Source of the DNA: Alkalispirochaeta sp. | GTDB taxonomy: Bacteria; Spirochaetota; Spirochaetia; DSM-27196; Alkalispirochaetaceae | Reading direction: 5' to 3' | Assembly: GCA_965242725.1 (NCBI GenBank) | Contig: CBDESZ010000018.1 | Span: forward strand, 352,001-416,000 | Length of the DNA stretch: 64,000 nt | Part shown: positions 20,327-31,129 of the stretch, piece after piece | How positions within the stretch are numbered: the stretch's first letter is position 1 | Layout: the number at the start of each line of letters is the position of its first letter | Position numbers and translations under genes: made by a program | Notes under the pieces: generated by a model | Seen by the model: only the letters and a program-made list of their open reading frames with translations | What the model was told of the DNA's origin: nothing | The model's database searches: none

Positions 20327-22147
20327 ATGCGACCGAAATATATAACGTACGAGACAAAAGAACGGGAAGAATTCCTCTCTCAGACGGGTAATTTTTCACC
20401 AAGTGAGCGGGATGCCTTTCACAAGCTCTGCCAGAACTGGCAGGAGCGTATACCGTATAACCGGTTCACCCCCCTGCTCAATCGCGGGGACGGGGCAACG
20501 ACGTCCGACCTGGTCACATTGATGACCAAACTGCGTGCCGCCGGGTATGGAATATTGCGGACCGCCGTCAAGGAAGGTCAGCGATCGAGGGATGCGATCA
20601 TCCTTACCGACAATTACAGCGAACGCTTCGTATCGGAACTGCTGGATGAATACTTCAACGACCTCCTTGAGTCGATTTCGAATCCCCTTCCTCTCCTCTC
20701 GTCGTTGAATGAGGATTTTGACGATTTTCCCGCAGATCGATTTGTCTACGTCCCTTCAGACAAGATTGCACGGGAATATACAACCCAGGAGAATCCGGAA
20801 ACGCCCCTCGCCATAGAGAGCGTGGACAGCGATCGTCTGCTCATCACGCGGGGGAAACTACGTCCCTGTATTACCGTGTCAATGCTCAAGTTGCGTTATT
20901 ATCTTTCAAATACATCTCTCCTTGAGCTGATGTCGCGCTTCCTCGATACGAGTCTTATCGCCCTGAAGCAGAAGGTATCCGAGAAGGATCCCCAGGTCTG
21001 GCTCGCCGTTTCGCAGAAAATAATCGACAAAAGGAAGGAAATTGAAGCGCTGCGGAATATCCGTGTGGACAGGAACTTTTTTCACGCCGCATGGCTTCTG
21101 AAACGGCTTCTCGAATCGCAGATTGCCGAATCGGAACAGAAGAAACGGGACGCTGAGAACCGGAAAGTCGACATGGAAGCGATCGCCATGGCAGTCAAGG
21201 AGGCGCCTGAAGGATGGATGACTCAGGAGCAATTGACACGAACCCTCGATCGGTTGAAGGACAAATACGGCGATTCCTATGAAGAGGTGGTAGAAGAGTT
21301 CTATGAACGGTACGTCCGTTCCCAGGGCAATAAGAACACCCTTCCGAAGATCGTTGTGCTCAATGAACGGTATTTGCATCGGGACAAGATATTTGCCCTC
21401 TTTCTCGCCCATTTTCGAGAGACCGAATCGGAAGTGAAACCCTACTTCGTATCCCTCATGGAGTCTCAATTAAAGAACGGCGCTCCCGGCGAGGACACCA
21501 CCTTCGTCGATCTGGACAATTTTGACCACGCCATTCAGGAATATATTCGCAAGGCAAATCCCTTTCTCTATTCAATGATCGAAAAGCCTTCAATCCTTGC
21601 CGAGGGAATGATCCTCCACGCCAAACAAAACAAACTGGCAAAGGATGTCTCGGAGCTCAAACAGCGACTGGCGATCTATTTTGACCCCGAGTCGATGAAA
21701 CCGTTACCCATGCACGAGTGGTTCAACCTCCGCCTCCTTGAAATTTTTGAGACCGCCTTTGAAAGACTTCCCATACTGCGTCGGATATGGATCCGCCTGA
21801 CCGGACGGTACGAGAGCTTTCGCAGCCGATATATCAGTCAATCCGCCATTCATCGGCAGGAGCAGCTTGAAAAACGGCGCGCCGCTGAGCGAGCGCAGGG
21901 AGACAACAAAAAAGATGAGGGAGAACGCGGCGGCAACGGAGCATCTTCCGCGGGCCGTCGCGCTCCCGACGGAAAAGGAAGACCCGCCCACGTCGGTACG
22001 CACCGGCGTTCCGCCGCCACACAAAGAGGCGCGAACGGAAGTTCCGGTTCCAGGAAAAACGATAAGGACCGCCGGGGATACTCAAAGAAACAGGTCGACA
22101 GCGCGTGGGAGCAGTTCGGAAGCACCATCAAGAAAAAAGACGAATGA
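20327..22147 (+). CDS. Hypothetical helical protein with low-complexity basic C-terminal tail
   Basis: Long ORF; TATAAT at 20306-20311 and GGAG before ATG 20327; no motif recognised. Confidence 0.65.
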   Translation: MRPKYITYETKEREEFLSQTGNFSPSERDAFHKLCQNWQERIPYNRFTPLLNRGDGATTSDLVTLMTKLRAAGYGILRTAVKEGQRSRDAIILTDNYSERFVSELLDEYFNDLLESISNPLPLLSSLNEDFDDFPADRFVYVPSDKIAREYTTQENPETPLAIESVDSDRLLITRGKLRPCITVSMLKLRYYLSNTSLLELMSRFLDTSLIALKQKVSEKDPQVWLAVSQKIIDKRKEIEALRNIRVDRNFFHAAWLLKRLLESQIAESEQKKRDAENRKVDMEAIAMAVKEAPEGWMTQEQLTRTLDRLKDKYGDSYEEVVEEFYERYVRSQGNKNTLPKIVVLNERYLHRDKIFALFLAHFRETESEVKPYFVSLMESQLKNGAPGEDTTFVDLDNFDHAIQEYIRKANPFLYSMIEKPSILAEGMILHAKQNKLAKDVSELKQRLAIYFDPESMKPLPMHEWFNLRLLEIFETAFERLPILRRIWIRLTGRYESFRSRYISQSAIHRQEQLEKRRAAERAQGDNKKDEGERGGNGASSAGRRAPDGKGRPAHVGTHRRSAATQRGANGSSGSRKNDKDRRGYSKKQVDSAWEQFGSTIKKKDE

Positions 22148-23403
22148 ACCCGTTGAATCATCACAATATCCACGACGTCGCGATTGTCGGCACCGGCCTG
22201 CACGGAATGCACCTTTATATTCGCCTCGGCGCCGACGGAGGTTTCACAGACAGCGGCATCGCGACCATCGATCCGTGGGATACTCCCCTGCACCTCTGGC
22301 GCAGACGCACGTCAAATACGACGATGGAGTATCTCCGCTCTCCGGCGAGTCACGGTCTCCATCCGCGGTTTCCCACGATCCGGCGATTCCAGCGGACACA
22401 CGGTGAGGAGTTACCCGACGGAGAACCCTTCACACCACCCTACCATCGCCCGTCCCTTGCACTGTTCAACCGGCACGGGGAATACGAAATCGCCCGCGCC
22501 GGCATCCGCCGGCACCACATAACCGGCGTCGTAACGGAGATCGGACGGAAGGATCGTCTGGGGGAGTTGCACATCCGTCGCCGCGACGGCGGAACGGAGA
22601 CGGTCACCGCCCGAAGCATCGTCCTTGCTCCGGGCCAGCCGCCGCCGTGCATCCCGACTCCCTTTCGTGAGCTTTCCGACCGTCGTCGGATCTCCCACAT
22701 TTACGCGACCCGCTTTCCCCTTCATGAAATCGCGAGCTCGCCTGACGTCGCGATAATCGGCGGGGGCATTGCGGCAATTCACCTTGCGCTATATTTGTCG
22801 AGTCGTAACAAGCCGGTCGATCTGTGGTGCCCCCACGCCCCTGAAACCTATCACTACGACAGCGATCCCTGTTATATCGGACCGGGATGCGGAACGGATT
22901 TCCGGGAAATCCCCTCCTATACACGCCGTCGATCGATCATTTCCGCGGAACGTCGAAACGGGAGTGTTCCCCCCGACCTTGCAGCCAGGCGACGTGAGTC
23001 TGTCGCGGAGGGGCGAATCCGCCTCATACCGCGGCGAGTCACCACCGCCGAATCCGACGGGACGGGAGTACGTATCGGAGGGGATGAACCGGAGCACAAA
23101 CGGCGCTACTCACACGTCGTGCTCGCAACCGGATTTACCGCGGGACCTCCCGCTGCCGGGCTCATCAGCCGTACGGCGAAGGGGCTGAATCTTCCCCTCG
23201 GACATGACGGATATCCCATCGTAACTGAAGAGCTCCGCTGGAGTTCCGGCGACACCGCCGAGGAGCCGCCGATATACTGTATGGGTGCGCTGGCCGAACT
23301 TGAGATAGGTCCACCCTCCCGAAACATCATCGGCGCCCATCTGGCGGGAAGACGCATCGTTCCCGCCCTCAAAAGCGTGCTCGGGACGGTGAATACCCGC
23401 TGA
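22144..23403 (+). CDS. FAD/NAD(P)-binding oxidoreductase (lysine/ornithine N-monooxygenase-like fold)
   Basis: AIVGTGLHG, MEYLRSP, AIIGGGIAA, VLATGF, ELEIGP; ATGA overlap with the upstream gene. Confidence 0.75.
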   Translation: MNPLNHHNIHDVAIVGTGLHGMHLYIRLGADGGFTDSGIATIDPWDTPLHLWRRRTSNTTMEYLRSPASHGLHPRFPTIRRFQRTHGEELPDGEPFTPPYHRPSLALFNRHGEYEIARAGIRRHHITGVVTEIGRKDRLGELHIRRRDGGTETVTARSIVLAPGQPPPCIPTPFRELSDRRRISHIYATRFPLHEIASSPDVAIIGGGIAAIHLALYLSSRNKPVDLWCPHAPETYHYDSDPCYIGPGCGTDFREIPSYTRRRSIISAERRNGSVPPDLAARRRESVAEGRIRLIPRRVTTAESDGTGVRIGGDEPEHKRRYSHVVLATGFTAGPPAAGLISRTAKGLNLPLGHDGYPIVTEELRWSSGDTAEEPPIYCMGALAELEIGPPSRNIIGAHLAGRRIVPALKSVLGTVNTR

Positions 23404-23518
23404 GTACTTGATGCCGTTCCGGCACGGTGCGACGCAGGGACGACGGCATTCCGGCAACCGTTTCGCATACAGTGTCGCGGCACCCGAAACTGCCGAAAAA
23501 ATATCCGGCTGACGTGAT

Positions 23519-25411
23519 CTATTTCTGTACGAATGCCTTGAACTCATCCTCGGTGATAATTGGGACACCCAGCTCCCGGGCCTTCACGATCTTGGATGAT
23601 CCGCCTTCGGTATCGTTGGTCACCAGATAGGTCAGCTGCCGGGAAACTCCCGATTTCGCCTCCCCCCCGAGGGAACGGACAAGACGCTCCGCCTCGCTGC
23701 GGGTGTAGGAATTCAACGCACCGGTAAAGCAGAAACTCATACCCTCCAACGGCGCGGAGAGCCCGGTTGGATCGCCCCCGCTCTCTCCCTCGATTGTGAG
23801 ACCGCTTACCTGAAGGAGACGGTCCATCTGGTCGGCGACGACGTCCAACCCTTCGCCGATCTGCCGCGCCGTGATCTCACCGATTCCGTCGACGGCGGCC
23901 ATCTCTTCCACCGAGGCGTTGCGCAGCTTCTCCAGGGAGTTGAAGCCTGCCGAAGCGAGTTTCCCGATGGTCAGCTCGCCGATACCACCGATGTCAAAGC
24001 CGGCGACAAACCGGGAGAGGGATACGCTGCGAATCTGTCTCAGATTGTCCAAAACCTTTCGAGCGCTGATTTCTCCAACACCTTCAAATGCAGCAAGGTC
24101 TTCCCAGGTCAGCCGATAGAGATCGGCGATTTCCCCCACGAGTCCCCCGTCAAAGAGCTTGGTCAACAGGGCTTCGCCGAAATCACGCACATCCAGGACA
24201 TCCAGCCATTTTCGCAGGCGGTGGTACGCTCTCCGGGGGCACGCCACGTTGGGGCAGTAGAGGCGCTTGCCTTCGTTGACAAGTTCACTCCCGCAGGTGG
24301 AACAGGTGTGGGGAATGGATATCTCTCTGCCGCCATCCAGATGGCGAACGAGACGCTCGATTTTCGGAATGATATCGCCCCGTTTGGTGATGACCACCTC
24401 GCTTCCTATGCGGAGGTCCATATTTCGAATCAACTCCGGGTGAACGAGACTTGCCCTGCGGACCGTGGTTCCCGCGAGTCGTACAGGATCGACAATTCCT
24501 ACGGGAGTGTAGAGATGTCCCGACTCACTCCACTCCACCTCACGAAGCACGGTGATCGCCTCCTCCGCGGAAAACTTGTAGGCGATCTGTTTTTGCGGCC
24601 GTGAACGCTGCATATCGGCAATATCAACATCGGGCCCCTTCACGACAAGGCCGTCGATATCGTAGTCCAGGGTTGCCCGCTTTTCTGCGACGACGTCCCG
24701 AAAATGAATTACCTCCTCGGGGTCCGTAAAAAGGTCGTAGGGGACGACGTGGAACCCCCGTTCACTGAGCCACAGCAGCTTGTCCGCCTCACGGAGAAAC
24801 TCCCGTGTACCGCCGTCGCTATGTGCGTCGTAACACATGACATGCAAATGCTCACTGCCCACACCGTCTTTCCGTTTCATAAGTCCGTTGGCGGCGTTCC
24901 GGCAATTGGCCTTGTCGGAGTAATAGCGGCGGTGAATGTCATGTTCCATAATGACCTCGCCGCGGACGGCACCGGTAAACGGCTCGTCAAGGGTATGTAT
25001 CACCCCCTGCATCCGCCTTACGTTGTCCGTGATGTCGTCACCCCGGGTTCCGTCGCCCCGGGTCACGCCGTACTGGAGTTTGCCGTCCCGGTACTGCAGC
25101 TCGATACTCGCACCGTCAAGTTTGTACTGGACGATAAACCGGGTATGCCCGACCTTTTGCGCCCATTTCCGGAATTGGTCGGCGTTTGACGCCTTGTCCT
25201 GACTTCCCATGGGCATCAAGTGGGCACGCTTGGCAAACCCTCCGGCGCGATCGGTTCCGACCTCGGAAAAGATCGGGTGATCCGGCGCCAATGAACGCAG
25301 TTCGTCCCAGAGCCGGTCAAACTCCTCATCGGCTATTTCCGGCTGGGCGTTGTAATATCTGTCCTGATGGTAACGAATTGTTTCCTCAAGTTCCGAGATC
25401 CGATCACTCAT
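23519..25411 (-). CDS. ligA: NAD-dependent DNA ligase
   Basis: KLDG active site, TRGDG, DGLVVK, zinc finger C-x2-C...C-x4-C, HhH repeats, BRCT (FCFTG...KARELGV). Confidence 0.96.
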   Translation of the reverse strand: MSDRISELEETIRYHQDRYYNAQPEIADEEFDRLWDELRSLAPDHPIFSEVGTDRAGGFAKRAHLMPMGSQDKASNADQFRKWAQKVGHTRFIVQYKLDGASIELQYRDGKLQYGVTRGDGTRGDDITDNVRRMQGVIHTLDEPFTGAVRGEVIMEHDIHRRYYSDKANCRNAANGLMKRKDGVGSEHLHVMCYDAHSDGGTREFLREADKLLWLSERGFHVVPYDLFTDPEEVIHFRDVVAEKRATLDYDIDGLVVKGPDVDIADMQRSRPQKQIAYKFSAEEAITVLREVEWSESGHLYTPVGIVDPVRLAGTTVRRASLVHPELIRNMDLRIGSEVVITKRGDIIPKIERLVRHLDGGREISIPHTCSTCGSELVNEGKRLYCPNVACPRRAYHRLRKWLDVLDVRDFGEALLTKLFDGGLVGEIADLYRLTWEDLAAFEGVGEISARKVLDNLRQIRSVSLSRFVAGFDIGGIGELTIGKLASAGFNSLEKLRNASVEEMAAVDGIGEITARQIGEGLDVVADQMDRLLQVSGLTIEGESGGDPTGLSAPLEGMSFCFTGALNSYTRSEAERLVRSLGGEAKSGVSRQLTYLVTNDTEGGSSKIVKARELGVPIITEDEFKAFVQK

Positions 25412-25447
25412 AGCGTTACTATAGCGAAAATGGGCGGGGTGGACCAT

Positions 25448-25505
25448 AAAAAAAGCCTGCGAGGAAAGGAGGTAAACCTCGCAGGCAAGACACTGCCGAC
25501 TCACT
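25448..25505 (-). ncRNA. Candidate small RNA / terminator with anti-SD loop (copy B), downstream of lipA
   Basis: Minus strand GCCTGCGAGG-tttacctccttt-CCTCGCAGGC-T7, preceded by GGTGTAACC-N13-GTTGTT at 25539-25512; same architecture as 43755-43856. Confidence 0.55.
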
Positions 25506-25532
25506 GTAACAAACAACGATCAGGCAACGGGG

Positions 25533-26435
25533 TTACACCTCATTTCGATAGAGGGGATGAATTTTCTTTCTGTATTCCTCGTAGCCTTCGTCGGCGTGAT
25601 AGGAGGAACGGACGAGCGGGCCCGCGTCGCAGTGCGTGAATCCCCGTTCCATGGCAGCATCTTTCAATGCCGCAAATTCCTCGGGCAGCCAATAGCGCTG
25701 GACCGGAAGATGGGTCCGCGACGGCTGAAGGTACTGGCCGATGTTGAGAAGCTGCACGTCCACCCCGCGGAGGTCGTCCATGGTGGTCGTGATATCCTCA
25801 ATGGTCTCGCCGAGGCCGACCATGATGCTGCTCTTTGTCACAATCCGCGGCGCGTATTCCCGGGAGTAGCGCAACACCTCGAGTGACCGGTCATAGTCGC
25901 TGCGGGACCGCACCTGTCTTGTCAGGCGGCGCACCGTCTCGATGTTGTGGCTCATGATTTCAGGTTCGGCGTCCAATACGGTGGCGATTGCCTCCCGGTG
26001 TCCAAGGAAATCGCCCGTCAGCACCTCCACGGTGCAACCAGGAGCGTCACGATGTATCGAATTGACCGTCGCGGCCATGATTGCCGCGCCTCCGTCCTTG
26101 AGATCGTCACGGTTGACCATGGTGATCACCACGTGTTTCAGTTCCATCTTTCGGACCGATTCGGCAACGCGTTTTGGCTCGCCCACATCGACGGCACCGG
26201 GCAACCCCGTCTTGACCGCGCAGAATCGACAGCGCCTGGTACAGGTATCGCCGAGGATCATGAAGGTCGCCGTCCGATGCACGCCCCAGCATTCATGAAT
26301 ATTGGGACAACGCGCCTCTTCACACACCGTATGAAGGCGCTCTTCCTTCATGAGACGTTTCAAATAACGGAAGTTGTCGCTGGTATTGAGTTTGATCTTC
26401 AGCCAGTCGGGTTTTCGAACTACGTCGGCACTCAT
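25533..26435 (-). CDS. lipA: Lipoyl synthase
   Basis: [26 protein letters not shown] radical-SAM motif, VRSSYHA. Confidence 0.97.
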   Translation of the reverse strand: MSADVVRKPDWLKIKLNTSDNFRYLKRLMKEERLHTVCEEARCPNIHECWGVHRTATFMILGDTCTRRCRFCAVKTGLPGAVDVGEPKRVAESVRKMELKHVVITMVNRDDLKDGGAAIMAATVNSIHRDAPGCTVEVLTGDFLGHREAIATVLDAEPEIMSHNIETVRRLTRQVRSRSDYDRSLEVLRYSREYAPRIVTKSSIMVGLGETIEDITTTMDDLRGVDVQLLNIGQYLQPSRTHLPVQRYWLPEEFAALKDAAMERGFTHCDAGPLVRSSYHADEGYEEYRKKIHPLYRNEV

Positions 26436-26441
26436 GGATTC

Positions 26442-26511
26442 ATGGTATCGAAGTTGCCACCATGCGACAACCGCCGGCGTTATTGACAGACCTTCCACCC
26501 CCCCGTACTGT
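26442..26511. promoter_or_regulatory. Back-to-back sigma70-type promoters for lipA (-) and the rhomboid-prfA operon (+), both leaderless-type
   Basis: Minus strand: TTGTCG-17-TACCAT-6 nt-ATG. Plus strand: TTGACA(26483)-17-TACTGT(26506)-6 nt-ATG(26518). Confidence 0.65.
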
Positions 26512-26517
26512 GGGCGC

Positions 26518-27081
26518 ATGAGAATTCGCTACAATGCACCGGTGACGCTGACGTTCGCGTTGGCGGCGTCACTTGTGCTTTTGCTTGATCAGACGGCATA
26601 TCCGAGAGTTCTGGAAACGTTTTTTATCGCTCCGGCACGGATGAATCCGGCGTCTCCCGTCGATTACGTCCGTCTTTTTACCCATGTGATCGGACATTCA
26701 AACTGGGCACATTTGATCGACAATTTTGCAGTGATCCTCCTGTTGGGACCAATCCTTGAAGAAAAATACGGATCGGGAAGCCTCCTTATGATGATCCTCG
26801 TGACCGCGCTGGTGACGGGACTTCTCAATGTGCTCTTTCTTCCCACAGGCCTCCTCGGCGCGAGCGGCGTGGTCTTCATGATGATTCTCCTCGTCTCCTT
26901 TACAAACATACGCCACGGTGAAATTCCCCTTACTTTTATCCTTATCGTGGTGCTGTATCTCGTCAAAGAGGTTGTCGCATCGCTGCAGGCCGACTCGGTC
27001 GCCCAGTTTGCCCATATCGCCGGGGGTATCATAGGAAGCATGTTCGGCTTTATGAGGCCTCGCAGGAACGGACAGGCATGA
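26518..27081 (+). CDS. Rhomboid family intramembrane serine protease
   Basis: H...HLIDN, GASG catalytic Ser, AHIAG catalytic His, multiple TM segments. Confidence 0.88.
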   Translation: MRIRYNAPVTLTFALAASLVLLLDQTAYPRVLETFFIAPARMNPASPVDYVRLFTHVIGHSNWAHLIDNFAVILLLGPILEEKYGSGSLLMMILVTALVTGLLNVLFLPTGLLGASGVVFMMILLVSFTNIRHGEIPLTFILIVVLYLVKEVVASLQADSVAQFAHIAGGIIGSMFGFMRPRRNGQA

Positions 27082-28130
27082 CAGAGAAATACGAACACAT
27101 ACAGGCCCGCCTCTCCGAGGTGGAGCGTCTCGTTGCCGACCCGGAGATCCACAAGGATCAGCAGAAAGCTGTGGAGACGATGCGGGAGCACGCCCGTCTT
27201 TCACGCATCGTGGAACAGTGGGACGAAGTCAACACACTGGAACGGCGAATCGGTGAAAACCGGGAAATCATTGATAACGAAGAGGACCCGGAACTCCGCG
27301 CGATGGCCGGGGAAGAGATTGAGGAGCTTCTCCCGCGCCTGGAGCGGGCGCAGAAGAACCTGACCATGCTCCTCATACCACCGGATCCCCTGGACGGCAA
27401 AAATACGATCATGGAAATTCGTGCCGGTACCGGCGGGGACGAAGCGTCACTGTTTGCCGCCGACCTGTACCGCATGTACATGCGATACGCCGAATCGATG
27501 AACTGGAAGACCGAACTCATTGAAGCGAACGAAACGGAAGTGGGCGGCTTCAAGGAGGTGATCGTCTCCATTGCGGGACAGGAAGTATACAGTCACCTCA
27601 AATTTGAAAGCGGCGTCCATCGGGTGCAACGAGTACCCGCAACCGAGAGCGGCGGGCGGATCCACACCTCGGCGGTGACGGTGGCTGTTCTGCCGGAGGC
27701 GGAGGAAACGGATATCACCATTCGGCCCGAGGAGTTGAAGATCGACGTATTCCGCTCTTCCGGACCGGGTGGGCAGAGTGTAAATACAACCGACTCGGCC
27801 GTCCGTGTGACGCACCTTCCTTCCGGTCTCGTGGTGATCTGTCAGGACGAAAAAAGTCAGCTCAAGAACAAGGCAAAGGCATTACGCGTTCTCAAGGCGC
27901 GTCTCTTTGAACAGGAAGAACGGAAGCGGCGGGAGGAAGAGGCTGCCGCACGAAAAAGCCAGGTTGGAAGCGGGGATCGGAGCGAGCGAATTCGTACCTA
28001 TAACTTTCCCCAGAACCGGCTCACCGACCATAGAATCAACCTTACCCTCTATAGACTTGACGGAATCATCTCCGGAGACCTTTCGGAGGTCATCGAAACG
28101 CTGCGGCTGAGCGCACATAAGGAACCATAG
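27078..28130 (+). CDS. prfA: Peptide chain release factor 1
   Basis: [19 protein letters not shown] (PxT), [17 protein letters not shown]. Confidence 0.97.
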   Translation: MTEKYEHIQARLSEVERLVADPEIHKDQQKAVETMREHARLSRIVEQWDEVNTLERRIGENREIIDNEEDPELRAMAGEEIEELLPRLERAQKNLTMLLIPPDPLDGKNTIMEIRAGTGGDEASLFAADLYRMYMRYAESMNWKTELIEANETEVGGFKEVIVSIAGQEVYSHLKFESGVHRVQRVPATESGGRIHTSAVTVAVLPEAEETDITIRPEELKIDVFRSSGPGGQSVNTTDSAVRVTHLPSGLVVICQDEKSQLKNKAKALRVLKARLFEQEERKRREEEAAARKSQVGSGDRSERIRTYNFPQNRLTDHRINLTLYRLDGIISGDLSEVIETLRLSAHKEP

Positions 28131-28132
28131 GA

Positions 28133-29047
28133 TTGCCGACGGTTCGATCACTCCTCCAGGAGGCGGCGCGTACACTGACAGGCAGTGCAACCCCGCAGCT
28201 GGACACCCTTGTTCTTCTGGAATGGGTATCTCACCGCGATCGGGGAACGCTGCTGGCGGAATATTCCGCACCGGCAGAGGAGATACTCTCGCCCCTTCAG
28301 ATCAGCGATTTTCGCACTGTAGTGACCCGTCGTGCCCGGGGAGAGCCGATCGCCTATATTACGGGGATGAAGGAGTTCTATGGCCGTGAATTTCTTGTCG
28401 GTCCGGGTGTACTCATTCCCCGTCCCGATTCGGAGTCGATCGTACAACGGGGTGTGGAGCTCCTGCGCGAGGGGTGCCGCGGGAGCTGTACAATCTTTGA
28501 CTGCTTTACCGGATCGGGCTGTATCGGGTTGAGCACGGCCCTTACTTACGAAGAAGATTTTCTCCTCGGCGGAGACGGTACGGTCACCCTCACCCTTGGC
28601 GATGTTGACGACCACGCCCTGGAATGGTGCAGGCGGAACGTGAAAAAACACGGCGACTCCGTTTCGTCACGGGTACGGATTTCGGTAAAAAAAGGTGATC
28701 TCCTTACGGGGTTACCGAAGTCGGCGGAATTTGACCTTATCACCGCCAATCCGCCCTATCTCACCGAGACCGAGACGGAGGAAGCCCTTTCCGCCGGTTG
28801 GGGAGAACCATCAGTCGCCCTGGCCGCGGGTATGGACGGACTGGAAATAATTCGGGAATTTCTTCCCGGGGCGTTTTCACACCTTCGTCCGGGGGGATAT
28901 CTTGTAATGGAACACGGTTTTTCCCAGGGTGACGCGGTGCGGGAGCTGGCGGGCGCTGCCGGCTTCATTGGCATCCGGACCGGACGCGATCTTGCCGATA
29001 ATGATAGATACCTGGAGGCGAAAAAACCGGCGGAACAGGTAAGATGA
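28133..29047 (+). CDS. prmC: Release factor glutamine methyltransferase
   Basis: GEPIAYITG, VLIPRPDSE, TGSGCI, NPPY; follows prfA; TTG start. Confidence 0.93.
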   Translation: MPTVRSLLQEAARTLTGSATPQLDTLVLLEWVSHRDRGTLLAEYSAPAEEILSPLQISDFRTVVTRRARGEPIAYITGMKEFYGREFLVGPGVLIPRPDSESIVQRGVELLREGCRGSCTIFDCFTGSGCIGLSTALTYEEDFLLGGDGTVTLTLGDVDDHALEWCRRNVKKHGDSVSSRVRISVKKGDLLTGLPKSAEFDLITANPPYLTETETEEALSAGWGEPSVALAAGMDGLEIIREFLPGAFSHLRPGGYLVMEHGFSQGDAVRELAGAAGFIGIRTGRDLADNDRYLEAKKPAEQVR

Positions 29048-31074
29048 TATCTACAATTGAAGAACTGAAACATATTGTCTCGTCCTATTCCGCCCAGGAG
29101 CAGACACGCATCATCGAGGCGGCGGAACTTTCGCGGACCCTCCATATAGAGCAGGTTCGTGATTCCGGTGAACCCTATTTCATACACCCCCTGCAGGTTG
29201 CTGAAATTCTCATCGGTATGAAGCTCGACGGAACGACCATCGCGGCGTCGCTGCTTCACGACGTCCTTGAAGATACGATTCTCACCAGGGGAGAGCTGAA
29301 AAAGCGGTGCGGTCGTGACGTAGACCTTCTTGTGTACGGGGTAACGAAAATTTCCGTCGTCAAGGCGAAAAACAAGAGCGTCCAGGAAGCGGAGACGATC
29401 CGGAAAATGCTTCTCGCCATGGTCAAGGACGTCCGGGTCATTCTGATAAAGCTGGCCGACAAGCTTCACAACATGCGCACCCTGGAATACAAGGAAGATT
29501 ACCGTCAGCGCGAAATCGCCCAGGAGACACTGGACATCTATGCTCCCCTTGCAGGGCGCCTCGGAATCAGCTGGATGAAGGACGAGCTTGAAGACCTCTC
29601 CCTGAAACACCTCCACCCCGACATCTATCAATCGATCAAGGAACGTGTCTCGGAGAAAAAGGATCAGCGCAGCGCCTACCTTCACCGTATCATGGAGACG
29701 ATACGCAAAGAGGCGAGAAAGGAAAAGGTGCCCGTCGTCGTGGAAAGTCGGGCAAAACACTTCTACAGCATTTACCACAAGATGCGGCGATTCGGTAAAG
29801 AGCTCAATGAGATGTACGATCTTCTGGGCGTCCGTATGCTGTGTGATACCACGACGGAGTGCTATCAGCTTCTCGGTCTCGTACACCGCCTGTGGCCCCC
29901 CATCGAAGGCCGCTTCAAAGACTATATCGCCATGCCGAAGTCCAATCAGTACCAGAGTCTCCACACGGCGGTCGTCGGATTCGACGGAAAAATCGTGGAG
30001 TTTCAGATTCGCACCCATGACATGCACCGGACTGCCGAATATGGCGTTGCCGCCCACTGGCTGTACAAGAAGGGACTGACACAGAACCGATTCAAGCCCG
30101 ACGACCTGGCAATCATGCACCGTGTCAGGGACCTGAAGGACTCCCGCATTACCACCGACGAGTTCCTGGAGGAGATCAAGCGGGAAATTCTTCGTGATTC
30201 CATTTACGTGTTTACCCCCAAGGGAGACGCCATACAGCTGCCCAAGGGATCCACGGCGATCGACTTTGCCTACCATATTCACACGGAAGTCGGCCAGCAT
30301 ACGATGGGGGCAAAGGCGGACGGCGCGATCATCCCGCTGAAGGAACCGTTGAAGAACACGCAGGTGATAGAAGTCCTGACCAGTCCCGGCGCTCATCCCC
30401 ACCTCAACTGGCTGCGGTACGCCCGCACCTCCCGGGCGCGCAGTAAAATCCGGGCGTGGCTCAACAAGAATGATGAAAACCTCATCATCAACCAGCGTAT
30501 TATCGCCCGGAAGACGACCAAACTCGATTCCCCGCAGGATACGTCCACGGCGCCGGGCAAGACGACATCAAAATCTTCCGAGGGAAGTCCGTCAAGCGAG
30601 ACCAGCCAGATCCTGGACGAGCATAAGGTCAATATCCGGGTGGGCAAAGAGAAAAACATAATGATTCACTTTGCCCAGTGCTGTCATCCAAGCACCGGAG
30701 ACGATATCGTCGGATACGTTTCCAGGGGACGGGGCATCATCATCCACAAGCGTGACTGCCGCAGTCTCCTGAGCATCCCCGATGTACAGGAACGGATGAT
30801 CGAGGTTGAATGGGAGACGGTTTCCCCGAAGACGACGCGGCGCTTTCGCGTCGCCGCCCGGCGCTCAAGCGATCTCTTCAGCGAAATCGAAGGAGCCGTA
30901 CGAAAGATACACGGGCACCTCATTGAGGGACGCATAGACGAGACGAGCCAGGGTACACTGGAAGCTAGTTTCACCCTGGAAGTTGAGCGCCGGCAGGACC
31001 TGCGCAAGATCGCGAAGTGCATTCGCGCGATTCCGGCGGTCATGAGTCTTCAGGATATTCCCGAAAGTTCCTGA
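29044..31074 (+). CDS. rel: Bifunctional (p)ppGpp synthetase/hydrolase (long RSH)
   Basis: HD hydrolase HDVLED, synthetase RFKDY...YQSLHT...EFQIRT, TGS (FAYHIHT), CCHP zinc finger, C-terminal ACT. Confidence 0.95.
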   Translation: MISTIEELKHIVSSYSAQEQTRIIEAAELSRTLHIEQVRDSGEPYFIHPLQVAEILIGMKLDGTTIAASLLHDVLEDTILTRGELKKRCGRDVDLLVYGVTKISVVKAKNKSVQEAETIRKMLLAMVKDVRVILIKLADKLHNMRTLEYKEDYRQREIAQETLDIYAPLAGRLGISWMKDELEDLSLKHLHPDIYQSIKERVSEKKDQRSAYLHRIMETIRKEARKEKVPVVVESRAKHFYSIYHKMRRFGKELNEMYDLLGVRMLCDTTTECYQLLGLVHRLWPPIEGRFKDYIAMPKSNQYQSLHTAVVGFDGKIVEFQIRTHDMHRTAEYGVAAHWLYKKGLTQNRFKPDDLAIMHRVRDLKDSRITTDEFLEEIKREILRDSIYVFTPKGDAIQLPKGSTAIDFAYHIHTEVGQHTMGAKADGAIIPLKEPLKNTQVIEVLTSPGAHPHLNWLRYARTSRARSKIRAWLNKNDENLIINQRIIARKTTKLDSPQDTSTAPGKTTSKSSEGSPSSETSQILDEHKVNIRVGKEKNIMIHFAQCCHPSTGDDIVGYVSRGRGIIIHKRDCRSLLSIPDVQERMIEVEWETVSPKTTRRFRVAARRSSDLFSEIEGAVRKIHGHLIEGRIDETSQGTLEASFTLEVERRQDLRKIAKCIRAIPAVMSLQDIPESS

Positions 31075-31129
31075 TCATTATTGTCGGTTTTATTGCCGCG
31101 CCGCCCCGTCGATCGCTATCTTATCACCC

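Noticed and set aside
23404..23518. Imperfect inverted repeats in the convergent intergenic region (possible REP/MITE)
   Set aside because: Only short matches (ATGCCGT/ACGGCAT); no convincing second copy, terminal repeats or target duplication.
28090..28135. Slightly short prfA C-terminus suggesting a frameshift or prfA-prmC fusion
   Set aside because: All functional motifs are intact, the stop is clean and prmC starts 2 nt later in a different frame.
28756..30402. 548-aa minus-strand ORF
   Set aside because: Antisense to prmC and rel, which have clear conserved motifs.
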